Shown piece by piece: positions 18,073-27,900 of a stretch of 64,000 bases of DNA (positions are counted from its first letter, which is position 1; each line of letters starts with the position of its first letter). Position numbers and translations under genes: made by a program. The notes below the pieces were generated by a model. That model saw only the letters and a list, made by a program, of their open reading frames with translations, made no database searches and was not told the origin of the DNA. The DNA is from Candidatus Falkowbacteria bacterium (GTDB taxonomy: Bacteria > Patescibacteriota > Patescibacteriia > XYB2-FULL-38-15): the NCBI GenBank assembly GCA_016214745.1, contig JACRNW010000012.1, positions 4,368 through 68,367 on the forward strand. Direction: 5' to 3'.

Positions 18073-19695
18073 TTATTGATTTTTTACTTTGTAAATCGTC
18101 ACTTCGCCGTTTTGGTAAACTTTATCTAAATTTTTATCTGTTTCAGGGTTAAAATTAGCCACAGCCTTTTCTTCAGGACCGAAAAATAGGTAATTAATAT
18201 TATTTATTTTGAGAAATACAGCTCTTGTTTGACTTTGGCTGTCGGGTGTTCCGAAAAAATATTGTAGCCGCTCGGTTTTTATCGTTTGGGCGGCGGTTAA
18301 ACTCCATTGGCCGACATAGACCGGACGGAGAGAAAGGGCGGGGAGGAGATTGCCATTTACCGGAGTTGCTAAAATGATATTTTCTTCGGCCGTATTATTT
18401 TTAAGCCAGACCATCGCCTCTTTTTTATCCAGGGATAAATAGGAGGAATAAATTTGTGGCGGGTTTGAATAATAAATTAAGTCATCAGTAATTAAAAAAT
18501 AATTGGAAAGTCCGAGAAAAACAATAAAAATAAACCACATCAAGATTTTTTTCTTGGCGAATTTTTTGAAGATAGAATTTGTGTCATACAGATAAAACAA
18601 ACTGATGACAGCCAGGACGGACATTACTATTTGCAAGCCGGCAGTCATTCTTCTTTGAAAATTGAAAGGAGCGTAAATTAAAATTATCTGCGCGAAAAAC
18701 CAGGCGAGGAGGAAAAGAGATTTTTCCGTTTTTTCTTTTTTAAGTAAAACGAAGACGCCAAAACACGCTAAAATCAAAAGAAGTCCGTAGCTTAAAAATG
18801 CTGCTCCGGGTCCTGGCGTGAGACAGATATTTTGAAGAGCGAATTGCTGGCGGGTCCAGAAATTTTTTAGGGTCCATGCGTGATAAATAATTGCCGGAAG
18901 AGAAATTGATAGTAAAATAAAATAATGTTTTAAAATATCCCATCGGATTTTTTTATTTTCTATACATAAAAATAAAAAATGTAATCCGAGGATGCCGGCG
19001 AGAGTTGGCGCATTATAAGGATGAAATTGAAAAAGAAAAAGAGCCGCGAAGCCCGCCCCTAAACTATAAATTTTTTTGCCCCTCTCAATCGCGAAAAGGG
19101 TTAGTAACAAAACTGTAATAAAAAGAGTAAGCGAGGCGATAAAATGCGGAGAATTGTAAAGAGTGGAAAAAGTAAAGGCTTCGGGGACCCAAAGATCCAT
19201 GGGGAGGGAAGAGGGGGTTACGGAGAAAATTTTAGAGATCAACCAGACCATCCAGCCCAGACCCGAGGCAAAAATTAAAAAAAGAAAACCAAGTTTTCTT
19301 TTTTTCTCTTCCGTGAAAAAGTGGGAAATAAAAATGTAAGCGACAGCCAAAAAAATCGGAATTAAAAAAATTCTTGCGAGTTGGTAGGCGGCAAAACTTG
19401 AAAGAGAAAATGTTTTGGCAGAAAGGCCGACCCCGAGCCAAAATGGATCAAAGATAAATCGTCCTTCATTTTCGGAAGTAAATAAATTTTTGAAAAGAAG
19501 ATGGCCATCTTTTGCTTGTTCAATCCAGGAATAATAAACCGGAGTATCTGCATGATCAATAAACTGAAGTCCGAGAAAAACGTTATTTTGCGGAGTTGAA
19601 AGAAAACCAAATAATATCGGGAGAGAGGTAATAACAATCAGCAATAAACTTACGAGACCGATAAGTTTCCATTTTTTTAAACTAATTTCTGGCAT
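18073..19695 (-). CDS. Polytopic membrane protein, putative GT-C-type glycosyltransferase.
   Basis: It has more than 10 predicted TM helices and sits in a cluster with a GT2 enzyme and a second large membrane protein. Confidence 0.4.
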   Translation of the reverse strand: MPEISLKKWKLIGLVSLLLIVITSLPILFGFLSTPQNNVFLGLQFIDHADTPVYYSWIEQAKDGHLLFKNLFTSENEGRFIFDPFWLGVGLSAKTFSLSSFAAYQLARIFLIPIFLAVAYIFISHFFTEEKKRKLGFLFLIFASGLGWMVWLISKIFSVTPSSLPMDLWVPEAFTFSTLYNSPHFIASLTLFITVLLLTLFAIERGKKIYSLGAGFAALFLFQFHPYNAPTLAGILGLHFLFLCIENKKIRWDILKHYFILLSISLPAIIYHAWTLKNFWTRQQFALQNICLTPGPGAAFLSYGLLLILACFGVFVLLKKEKTEKSLFLLAWFFAQIILIYAPFNFQRRMTAGLQIVMSVLAVISLFYLYDTNSIFKKFAKKKILMWFIFIVFLGLSNYFLITDDLIYYSNPPQIYSSYLSLDKKEAMVWLKNNTAEENIILATPVNGNLLPALSLRPVYVGQWSLTAAQTIKTERLQYFFGTPDSQSQTRAVFLKINNINYLFFGPEEKAVANFNPETDKNLDKVYQNGEVTIYKVKNQ

Positions 19696-20401
19696 GGGAT
19701 TTTTTTAAACGCCAAATTTCTTTCAAATATCCAAGAGAAACTTTTATAAAACTCACCCGGCTTTTGCGGCCGATTTTTTTATGTTCGGTCCAGATGACGG
19801 GAATTTCTTTTATACGATAATTATTTTTTTCAGCCAAGATGACGAGCTCAGTATCAAAAAACCATTCATTATTTTTTATTTGCGGTATGATGTTTTGAAC
19901 AATGGCACGGTTTACGGCCTTGAAACCGCAAGGAGCGTCTTTTGTTTTGAGGCCAAGTATCATGCGGAGAATAAAGCGGTATATTCTGGAAATTAATTTT
20001 CGCAGAGTGGATCTATTAACCTTAGAATCTTTATGAAACCGCGCGCCGGCGGCGAGGTCATAATTTTCCCGGCCGACCGCAGCGACGAGAGCAGGAAGGG
20101 CAGAAAGATCAGTTGCCAAATCCGCGTCCATAAAAACATAGACCTCGGCGTCGTTGCTCTCCCAAGCCGCGCGAATGGCTCGTCCCTTTCCTTTTTGCGG
20201 GATATGCAGATATTTTATCTCCCCAATATTTTTTTCCAAATCTTTCCCGATGTCGCTCGTCCGGTCAGTAGAATTATTATCGGCAATAATAATTTGCCAG
20301 TCGTCCGCGATGTTTTTTTTCAGAAAATCATAAAGTTTTGTGACGTTTTCCGCCAGGATCGCTTCTTCATTATAAACAGGAATAGCAATTAAAATTTTCA
20401 T
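19682..20401 (-). CDS. Family 2 glycosyltransferase (polyprenol-phosphate sugar transferase-like).
   Basis: The N-terminus reads IAIPVYNEE and there is a DAD motif (VFMDADLATD). Confidence 0.8.
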   Translation of the reverse strand: MKILIAIPVYNEEAILAENVTKLYDFLKKNIADDWQIIIADNNSTDRTSDIGKDLEKNIGEIKYLHIPQKGKGRAIRAAWESNDAEVYVFMDADLATDLSALPALVAAVGRENYDLAAGARFHKDSKVNRSTLRKLISRIYRFILRMILGLKTKDAPCGFKAVNRAIVQNIIPQIKNNEWFFDTELVILAEKNNYRIKEIPVIWTEHKKIGRKSRVSFIKVSLGYLKEIWRLKKSHARN

Positions 20402-20406
20402 AAAAT

Positions 20407-20509
20407 CTACAAATTACAAATTTTGATACAAATATACAAATTCTTGCTTACACGTTGATCTAATAAAAATATACTTTATCGCTATTTGTAAATGATTTGT
20501 AATTTGTAG
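20407..20509. mobile_element. AT-rich MITE-like element, copy A (TIR CTACAAATTACAAAT...ATTTGTAATTTGTAG).
   Basis: It is about 90% identical to the reverse complement of 41325..41432, including the internal caaatatacaaattcttgct..acgcgtt.atctaa. Confidence 0.65.
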
Positions 20510-22174
20510 TTATTCTATCAATTTATAAATTTTCCCCTCATCGTCTTTATATACCATAAGAAAGTTCCCGTCACTTTTTAAATTATTTTCCAGGGCGATA
20601 TGGTCTTTATCAACAAAAACATATTCTGAATGGAAATCATTTTTAACAATCTCGGAAATGTTTTGCCGCCTGCCGGTTGTGATATCAACCCATTCTTTAT
20701 GCAGGTCTTTATTATAATCATACATAAAAGTCGGATCAAGGCCGGCGATGTAATAATTGTGGGTGTTGTAATAAAAAAGCGCCGGAAAATCATCCCAGTC
20801 ATTATGAAAAATAATTGCTCCGGCCGGAGTATTATTTTTTAACCATTCCGCCGCGCCGCGATATTTATAGATGGAGCCGCCGGAAAGATAGAGTTGTTTT
20901 ATGGACCAAACGTTCCGCCCGGCAGTAAGCGGAATCATAATTAAAATATAAAGAATAACGAGGCTGGAAAAAATTTTTCTTTTTTGTCGCCAATTATTAA
21001 ATGCGGTCCAATATTTTTTAATTAAAGACAGCGGCTGATTTAAGGTAAAGGCGGATGAAAGAGTCGCAAAAGGAATGAAGTATTCAACATTGCGGCGGGA
21101 GCGCAAAGTCAGCGCCAAGAAAAAAAGCGCGAGAAAAGTTGAGGTGAGAATTTTTGTCTTTGTCTTGCGGTCGGTTAGAGCGGGTTTTTCTTTGCCAGCG
21201 AAATTTTTAAGAAAATTTATAAAAAATACAGTGAAAGAGAGTATCAATAAAATAAAAATAAAAGAAGAATTGGCGATGAGATCGCCCAAACCGTAAGGAT
21301 ACCACTCGGCTCCCACGCCGATTTTATCTTGATAATTAATAACGGCGATTTTTATAATTTGTTGCCAGTAAAAAAATAAATTTTTTGGAAAAAACGGATT
21401 TAGAACAACGCCGGCAACAAGGCCGCCAAAACACGCCGTAAGCAGTTTGATATTTTGTTTAGTGAAGACACAACGGAAAAAGTATGAAGTATAAAGTATG
21501 AAGTATAAAGTATATTTTTTTATTTTTTGAGCCAGGTTTTTGATACTTAATACTTGATACCCAATACGATCATCTATCTGTTTTTGATGAGAAAAATTTA
21601 TAATCGCGTCGCTTAAAACATAGAATGTGGTTAGAATAAACATCAGCGGCCAGCCGCCGTAAGTCCAAACATAAATAAAAGATAAAAGAAAAAGCGGCCA
21701 GATTTTTCGATTAAAAATAAAATAAAGGCCAAAGAGTAGGATTATCAGTGAAATAGATGAGGCCTTAGCCAGATTAATTCTAAAAATAAAAGGACTTGAA
21801 ACAAGAAGAATTAGACAATAAAAAATTGCGCCCCTAATTTTAAATTTTTGGAGAAACCAATAAAAAGTTAAAATCAAAAGCGCAGCGGAAAACGCGGTAA
21901 AAAGTTTTATACCGACCAGCGGGTCAAAAAAAGTAACAAAAGGAATGAGGGCGACGTGATATAAAAAATGGTGGTCGGTATAATAATTTTTCAAAACAGT
22001 AAATTGCAGCCAGGGAAAATCCCGGACAATCCCTTGGTCGCTGGTTAAGACCGCCATCTTGGCGTGGTAGAAAGAATCCGGATCGGGAAAAGTCGGGGAA
22101 ATTTGAAAATACGAAAAAAGAGAAAACGAAACGATGAAAAGCAGAAGAAATTTTAAGAGTTCAGTTTTTTTCAT
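20510..22174 (-). CDS. Polytopic membrane protein, putative GT-C-type glycosyltransferase.
   Basis: It has many TM helices and an N-terminal loop with FPDPDSFYHAK. A 13-nt tandem repeat (aagtatgaagtat)x3 lies inside the coding region at about 21470. Confidence 0.4.
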   Translation of the reverse strand: MKKTELLKFLLLFIVSFSLFSYFQISPTFPDPDSFYHAKMAVLTSDQGIVRDFPWLQFTVLKNYYTDHHFLYHVALIPFVTFFDPLVGIKLFTAFSAALLILTFYWFLQKFKIRGAIFYCLILLVSSPFIFRINLAKASSISLIILLFGLYFIFNRKIWPLFLLSFIYVWTYGGWPLMFILTTFYVLSDAIINFSHQKQIDDRIGYQVLSIKNLAQKIKKYTLYFILYTSYFFRCVFTKQNIKLLTACFGGLVAGVVLNPFFPKNLFFYWQQIIKIAVINYQDKIGVGAEWYPYGLGDLIANSSFIFILLILSFTVFFINFLKNFAGKEKPALTDRKTKTKILTSTFLALFFLALTLRSRRNVEYFIPFATLSSAFTLNQPLSLIKKYWTAFNNWRQKRKIFSSLVILYILIMIPLTAGRNVWSIKQLYLSGGSIYKYRGAAEWLKNNTPAGAIIFHNDWDDFPALFYYNTHNYYIAGLDPTFMYDYNKDLHKEWVDITTGRRQNISEIVKNDFHSEYVFVDKDHIALENNLKSDGNFLMVYKDDEGKIYKLIE

Positions 22175-22207
22175 CGGACAGTTTCCTCCTTTAAAATCGC
22201 GAGACAG

Positions 22208-23245
22208 TTAGCCCAGTTGTTTTTTAAAGAAATCAACCCAGGGAATGGGCGATGGATCAAGATTATAAATCATTGCCAGATAAAAACTCGTGTAACTGCC
22301 GAAGAGCAGAGTTTCCGTTGATTGTTGAAGTTTGGTTTTGGCTTTCGGTCTATACTCAACAAAATCAATTTTATTTCTTCGCAAAACTTCTTTTAAAATT
22401 AGATATCTTTTTTGATTTCGCGGGTGGTAAAGATTGGAATTGATAAGAACAAACTTAATATTTTTGTTGGCACTTGGATTTTTTAGCCCTTCCATTAGGT
22501 GATGATTTAATTCGGGGAGTTCAAAATAAGCCGCGAAGCATTTGGCATTTTCATTAATTTGGTTTGCCATAATATGGCCATTGCCGAGCAAAAATTCTGA
22601 AGCAACAATTATCGGAATTTTGTTTTGTAATTTTTGGGCAAAAGTTTTGGCCGTGCCATTCTTATGGTTCAGGAGAGCAATAGCTTGATTAATTTCTTTT
22701 TCTTCAATTTTCAAGAGGCCGCATCGTGCGAGGAAGCCGAGTTGTCCGAAAATGGAATAGCCCAAGCCCATGCGCGGCTGATTTGATGGATTATAAGTTG
22801 GTTTAAAAATATAAGCCGGATAATTGTTGCGGCGTAAAAAATTAGCCAGCGCGCCGCCGGTAGCAAGACCCAAAATTTTAGCTTTTCTTTTTTGTCCTTC
22901 ACGGGCCGTGGCCAAAGTTTCCTCAGTATTGCCGGAATAACTTGAAAGAATTAAAAGAGTTTTTGGTCCGACGTAAGCGGGCAGGGAATAGCCGCGGACG
23001 ATTTCGAGGGGTTTTTTCAACTGATCGGCAAAAAGAGTTTGAATTAAATGTCCGCCGAGCGCTGATCCGCCCATACCAGAGACGACGATATTTTCCACAC
23101 CGCGGTAGGCGGCCGGAATTTTTATTTTTTTAACTTCCCGCCAGGCTGCTTCGCATTGTTCGCCCAGAAGTTCAATTGACCCGAGCAGGTTTGATTTGTC
23201 TAATTTTTTGATTTGTTGAGGGGTAATCATATTTGTAAATGTCAT
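22208..23245 (-). CDS. Bifunctional phosphoglucose/phosphomannose isomerase (SIS domain).
   Basis: The sequence includes VVSGMGGSALGGHLIQ ... ASEFLLGNGH. Confidence 0.75.
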   Translation of the reverse strand: MTFTNMITPQQIKKLDKSNLLGSIELLGEQCEAAWREVKKIKIPAAYRGVENIVVSGMGGSALGGHLIQTLFADQLKKPLEIVRGYSLPAYVGPKTLLILSSYSGNTEETLATAREGQKRKAKILGLATGGALANFLRRNNYPAYIFKPTYNPSNQPRMGLGYSIFGQLGFLARCGLLKIEEKEINQAIALLNHKNGTAKTFAQKLQNKIPIIVASEFLLGNGHIMANQINENAKCFAAYFELPELNHHLMEGLKNPSANKNIKFVLINSNLYHPRNQKRYLILKEVLRRNKIDFVEYRPKAKTKLQQSTETLLFGSYTSFYLAMIYNLDPSPIPWVDFFKKQLG

Positions 23246-23283
23246 CGTTTTTATTTCTTTATTCTAACATTTTCAAGACAAAT

Positions 23284-23312
23284 TAAAAAGCCCAGCCGGG
23301 CGGCTGGGCGGA
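23284..23312 (-). terminator. Intrinsic terminator downstream of uvrC.
   Basis: The hairpin gcccagcc-gggc-ggctgggc is followed by a T-run on the minus strand. Confidence 0.55.
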
Positions 23313-23327
23313 AAATGCGGTATTCTA

Positions 23328-24629
23328 TCATTTATTAAATAATTTTTTACGGCGGAGGAGCTTGTGATAGCCAATGGCAAAACGGTGGGCTTCATCGCGA
23401 ACTCGGAGCAAAATATCTTTGTGCAATTCAGCGACGCGGACGAGTTCAGGATTATTTTGATCGGCAATCAGCCGGTCTTGTTTGCGGTCAAAACCTTTGG
23501 CAACACCCAGCACCGGAATTTTTATTTTTTTCTCGGAGAGAATCTCGCGAACAGCGTTGATTTGCCCCCAGCCGCCGTCAACCAAAATTATATTTGGTAA
23601 TGGCCAATCAGAAAGATGCTTTAATCGTCGCGTCATTACTTCTTTCATCATCCCGACATCGTTTGGTGTGGTTAAAGTTTTAATTTTAAATTTTCGGTAT
23701 TCATTTTTATTTGGTTTACCATCTTCAAAAACAACCATGCTGCCGGTCGCCGAAGTGCCGCTGATGTTTGAAATGTCATAACCCTCAATTCGACCAAAAA
23801 TGTCAATTGTTCCGCTGGATACGAATAGCGAATCTTTTGCGAATTTGCGAATTCGTAAATTCGAAGTTAATTCGTTATTCGTATCCTTTGTCAAAATAGC
23901 CACATCCTGGATATGCTCCAGAGAAAAAATTTGATTGCGAAGTCGCGCTGCTTTTTCAAAATTTTCTTCGCGGCTCGCAATAGCCATTTCCTTTTTTAAA
24001 TTTTTAATGATTTTTTCTTTTTTTCCTTCAAAAAATAAAATTAAATGGTGGATGAGGCGGCGGTAATCTTTTATTGAAACAAATCCGGCGCAAGGTGCAG
24101 GGCATTGTTTTAAATGATAATGAAGGCACGGTTTTTTAGCCATAACCACGCAATCGCGGAAAGGAAAAATTTTCCGGCGCAGAATATCAAGCGCGGCGCG
24201 AAGCGAGGAGGCACTCGTGTACGGACCGAAAAGTTTGGCGATTTGTTTTTTCTCGCCGGATGTCATCCGAGCCAATTCTAATCCACGCAGTAAAAAAATC
24301 CGAGGAAATTTTTCTTTGCTGATCGCCACGTACAAAAACGATCTATCATCTTTTTCTTTAACATTATATTTTGGTAAATATTTTTTTATCAAATTGGCTT
24401 CCAAAATTAAAGCTTCAATCACGGTAGGAGTTTTTTGGTAATCAATATCTGCAATTTTTGAAACTAATTTTTCAATTCTAATATCGTGCGGTCGGTCAAA
24501 ATAGCTTTTTACCCGATCGCGGAGCGAAGTGGCTTTTCCGACATAAATAATTTTACCCACGGCATTTTTCATTAAATACATGCCCGGGGTTTTAGGAAAT
24601 TTTTTTATTTTATTTTTTAATTCCGGCAT
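23328..24629 (-). CDS. uvrC: Excinuclease ABC subunit C, short form. The start is reassigned to the internal Met.
   Basis: A GIY-YIG motif (GMYLMKNAVGKIIYVGKATSLRDRVKSYF), a UvrBC-interaction region, and a C-terminal RNase H-like endonuclease region are present. The longer ORF start at 24779 would read through the high-GC insert. Confidence 0.85.
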   Translation of the reverse strand: MPELKNKIKKFPKTPGMYLMKNAVGKIIYVGKATSLRDRVKSYFDRPHDIRIEKLVSKIADIDYQKTPTVIEALILEANLIKKYLPKYNVKEKDDRSFLYVAISKEKFPRIFLLRGLELARMTSGEKKQIAKLFGPYTSASSLRAALDILRRKIFPFRDCVVMAKKPCLHYHLKQCPAPCAGFVSIKDYRRLIHHLILFFEGKKEKIIKNLKKEMAIASREENFEKAARLRNQIFSLEHIQDVAILTKDTNNELTSNLRIRKFAKDSLFVSSGTIDIFGRIEGYDISNISGTSATGSMVVFEDGKPNKNEYRKFKIKTLTTPNDVGMMKEVMTRRLKHLSDWPLPNIILVDGGWGQINAVREILSEKKIKIPVLGVAKGFDRKQDRLIADQNNPELVRVAELHKDILLRVRDEAHRFAIGYHKLLRRKKLFNK

Positions 24630-24681
24630 ATTGACTTTTTTATTTTTTTGTTTCAAGATAAATTTGCGAAAGGAGGACGCA

Positions 24682-24972
24682 ATGAAGATAGGCCACCTCA
24701 GGGAGCGCGTAGAACGTGACGCGAAACGGGACTTACCCGAGAGATTAATCTTCGGCGTCTGGGATGCAACAGTCGGCAATTACGTCGAAAGAGCCGAGTG
24801 GATTGTTGTCGTGGCAGAAAATGCCAAGGTGACGGTTGATCGGCTGAAGGGAGTGATTGATTATTTCTCGTCAATGCAATGTAGCGGCGTATCGAGCGAC
24901 GTGCAGCAGATCATGACACGTTTCGGTATGGCGCTCTCGAGGCAGTGGAAGGTCTACCGGACCGCGAAGTGA
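24682..24972 (+). CDS. High-GC small hypothetical protein (97 aa) inserted between uvrC and uvrA.
   Basis: A strong SD (aaaggagg) precedes the ATG. A TTGACT promoter lies upstream. The ORF is about 58% GC in a 40% GC context. Confidence 0.45.
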   Translation: MKIGHLRERVERDAKRDLPERLIFGVWDATVGNYVERAEWIVVVAENAKVTVDRLKGVIDYFSSMQCSGVSSDVQQIMTRFGMALSRQWKVYRTAK

Positions 24973-25006
24973 GCCTTGGCAAAACTTGCCCGGGCTCTTT
25001 TTTTAT

Positions 25007-27598
25007 TTATTTTTTATTCAAAACTTTTTTCAAATATTGTCCAGTGTATGATTTGGGATTTTTTGCCAATTCTTCCGGCGTGCCGGTCGCAATCAATTGT
25101 CCGCCGGCGTCGCCGCCATCGGGTCCTAAATCAATAATCCAGTCGGCCGTTTTTATGAAATCCAGATTATGCTCAATTACAATGACGGTATTTCCCAAAC
25201 TAACCAAGCGATGCAAAACTTCCAGCAATTTTTCCACGTCGGCGTAATGCAAACCGACTGTCGGTTCATCCAAAATATAAATCGTCCGACCGGTAGAGCG
25301 GCGGGCAAGTTCAGCGCCGAGTTTAATTCTTTGCGCTTCGCCGCCGGATAAAGTTGTCGCGGCCTGACCGAGTGTTAAATATTGTAAACCAACTTCGCGA
25401 AGAATTTTCAGCCGATCATAAACAGGAGGAATATTTCGGAAAAAAGTTTCCGCTTCTTCAACAGTCATCTGAAGCACGTCGTGAATATTTTTTTCTTTGT
25501 ATTTTATAGCCAATGTCTCCCGGTCAAAACGAGTTCCTTTACAAACTGGACAAGTCACATAAACTGCCGGCAGAAAATGCATTTCAATTTTAATCAGGCC
25601 GGCGCCTTCGCAATTTTCACAGCGTCCGCCCGGCACGTTGAAACTGAAACGACCCGGCTGGTAGCCGCGGGCGCGAGCTTCCGGCATAGCGGTGAAGAGT
25701 TCGCGAATGTGTGTCCAGGCGCCAGTGTAAGTTACCGGATTGGAACGAGGCGTGCGGCCGATGGGAGATTGGTCGATCACGATAACTTTATCCAAATAAT
25801 CCAGGCCCTCAATCCGAGCGTGTTTTCCGATTTCCCAATTGGTGTGATTAAGTTTATTGGAAAGCCCTTTATACAAAATATCATTTATAAGCGTGCTTTT
25901 GCCCGAACCGGAAACGCCCGTCACGCAAACGAATCTTTTGAGCGGAATTCTGACGTCAATATTTTTTAAATTATTTTCCGTGGCGCCGACTATTTTTATT
26001 TGGCCCGAGGAAAAATATTTGCTTTTGCCGTCAACGTGGCGGCGTTTTTCCGGAGTCTTAATTTCCTTATCTCCGCGTAAATAAGCCGCAGTCAAAGATT
26101 TCTTATCTTGCAAAACGTCGGGCATTGGTCCGGCGGCGACAATTTCTCCGCCGTGCGCTCCGGCGCCCGGCCCGAGGTCAACCAAATAATCGGCCGTCCA
26201 AATTGTTTCCGGATCATGTTCAACCACGATGACCGTGTTGCCGATGTCTTTGATGTGTTTTAAGGTGGCCAGCAATTTTTCGTTATCTTTCGGATGCAGG
26301 CCGATCGTCGGTTCGTCCAAAATGTAGAGCGCACCGACCAAACGCGAGCCGACTTGCGAAGCCAAGCGAATGCGCTGCGCTTCGCCGCCCGAGAGCGTGC
26401 CGGCCTTGCGGTCAAGCGTCAGATATCCCAAACCGACATCCAGCATAAATTGCAGCCGGCTTTTTATTTCTTTCAAAATCGTTGAGGAAATTTCCAAATC
26501 AGTCACGCTCAAGGGATTTTTTTTATTTTCCAAGTCAGTCAGGGCACCAAAAAATTCGTACGCTTCGTGAATCGACATTTTTGTCGTCTCGACGATATTT
26601 TTTCCCGCCACAAAAACATGCAGACTTTCTTTTCTAAGCCGGGCGCTACCGCAGTCGGGACAGGGAGTTTCGGAAAATAAAAATTCGGTGCCGAGGCCGT
26701 GACAAGTCGGACAGGCGCCGTAAGGACTGTTGAAAGAAAATAAGCGCGGTTCTATTTCCGGAAAAGAGAAACCGTCGTCCGGGCAAGAAAATTTTCCCGA
26801 CATCACCATTTCTTCGCCGTTGTCCAAAATAATGGTCACTACCTCCTGTCCGTGTTTTAAAGCGATTTCCACGGCTTCGGCGAGGCGGGCGCGCATGCCT
26901 TTATTATTTTCAAGCGGCCAGCCGAGCGTAACTTTATCAACGATCAAATCGATGTTGTGCTGTTTATAACGTGGCAAAACGATTTTTTCCCGGAGCGGTT
27001 TAAATTTTCCGTTGACGCGGACTTCGGAAAATCCGTCGTTATATAAATCATAAAGCAGTTGGTAATATTCGCCCTTGCGGCCGCGGACGACCGGCGCGAG
27101 AATTGAAATGTGGTCGGCCGATTTCGCGGCAGAGAGCGCGTCTTTTTTCTTATCGTGGATTTCCACGGTTTTTTTCAAAATCCAATCAACGATTTCTTCC
27201 ACAGTCATTTTTTTAATTTCTTTTCCGCAGACGGGACAATACGGTTTCCCAACCCGCGCGAAAAGAACGCGGAGATAATCATAAATTTCCGTGATGGTGG
27301 CGACCGTGGAGCGGGGATTTGCGCTATGGGCTTTTTGATCAATGGAAATGGCCGGCGACAATCCCTCAATTTCATCAACGTCGGGTTTATCCATCTGGCC
27401 CAAAAATTGCCGGGCGTAAGCCGAGAGAGACTCAACATAACGGCGCTGGCCTTCGGCAAAAATTGTATCAAAAGCCAAAGAAGATTTTCCCGAACCGGAG
27501 AGGCCAGTGAAAACAGTCATTTTATTTCTGGGAATCTCGAGAGAAACATTTTTCAAATTATGTTCTCGGGCGCCTTTTATAATTATTTTATCTTGCAT
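25007..27598 (-). CDS. uvrA: Excinuclease ABC subunit A.
   Basis: Two ABC ATPase modules ([30 protein letters not shown]), zinc-finger Cys clusters, and LSGGEAQR signatures are present. Confidence 0.95.
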   Translation of the reverse strand: MQDKIIIKGAREHNLKNVSLEIPRNKMTVFTGLSGSGKSSLAFDTIFAEGQRRYVESLSAYARQFLGQMDKPDVDEIEGLSPAISIDQKAHSANPRSTVATITEIYDYLRVLFARVGKPYCPVCGKEIKKMTVEEIVDWILKKTVEIHDKKKDALSAAKSADHISILAPVVRGRKGEYYQLLYDLYNDGFSEVRVNGKFKPLREKIVLPRYKQHNIDLIVDKVTLGWPLENNKGMRARLAEAVEIALKHGQEVVTIILDNGEEMVMSGKFSCPDDGFSFPEIEPRLFSFNSPYGACPTCHGLGTEFLFSETPCPDCGSARLRKESLHVFVAGKNIVETTKMSIHEAYEFFGALTDLENKKNPLSVTDLEISSTILKEIKSRLQFMLDVGLGYLTLDRKAGTLSGGEAQRIRLASQVGSRLVGALYILDEPTIGLHPKDNEKLLATLKHIKDIGNTVIVVEHDPETIWTADYLVDLGPGAGAHGGEIVAAGPMPDVLQDKKSLTAAYLRGDKEIKTPEKRRHVDGKSKYFSSGQIKIVGATENNLKNIDVRIPLKRFVCVTGVSGSGKSTLINDILYKGLSNKLNHTNWEIGKHARIEGLDYLDKVIVIDQSPIGRTPRSNPVTYTGAWTHIRELFTAMPEARARGYQPGRFSFNVPGGRCENCEGAGLIKIEMHFLPAVYVTCPVCKGTRFDRETLAIKYKEKNIHDVLQMTVEEAETFFRNIPPVYDRLKILREVGLQYLTLGQAATTLSGGEAQRIKLGAELARRSTGRTIYILDEPTVGLHYADVEKLLEVLHRLVSLGNTVIVIEHNLDFIKTADWIIDLGPDGGDAGGQLIATGTPEELAKNPKSYTGQYLKKVLNKK

Positions 27599-27639
27599 AT
27601 TGACATTTTTTAATAATTTTGTAATAATTCATTTTGTAC

Positions 27640-27900
27640 GGTTTTGGTTTGCCGTGTTGGCGGACCACCGTCCGAGGAAAGAAGGAGGTGGATAGAGGAA
27701 AATGAGCAACAAGTCTTCGCTCGTGCGCGAGGCCAAGGCGCAGACGGCGTGATGCGGTGATCCCGCTAGGAGGTGGATGTCGGGGCGCCCCTGACACGGG
27801 ACGGAGATCGTCGGTTTAGCGGCTTAAGTGCCGCCACAGAAATGTGAACCGGCGGAAGCTCCAGTAGCCCTCAGGAGAATCATTCCTTCATTGGATCCCC
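27640..27900. other. GC-rich noncoding insert between uvrA and uvrB with duplicated AGGAGGTGGAT motifs. It supplies the last roughly 10 codons of uvrB.
   Basis: The composition shifts to above 60% GC. The motifs gaaggaggtggatagagg and gctaggaggtggatgtcgggg are present. Only micro-ORFs are found. Confidence 0.4.

Noticed and set aside
24630-24779. Longer uvrC start at 24779 (extra 50 aa MPTVASQTPKINLSGKSRF...)
   Set aside because: The extension is antisense to the high-GC islet gene 24682..24972 and has no RBS. The conserved GIY-YIG N-terminus begins at the internal Met (24629).
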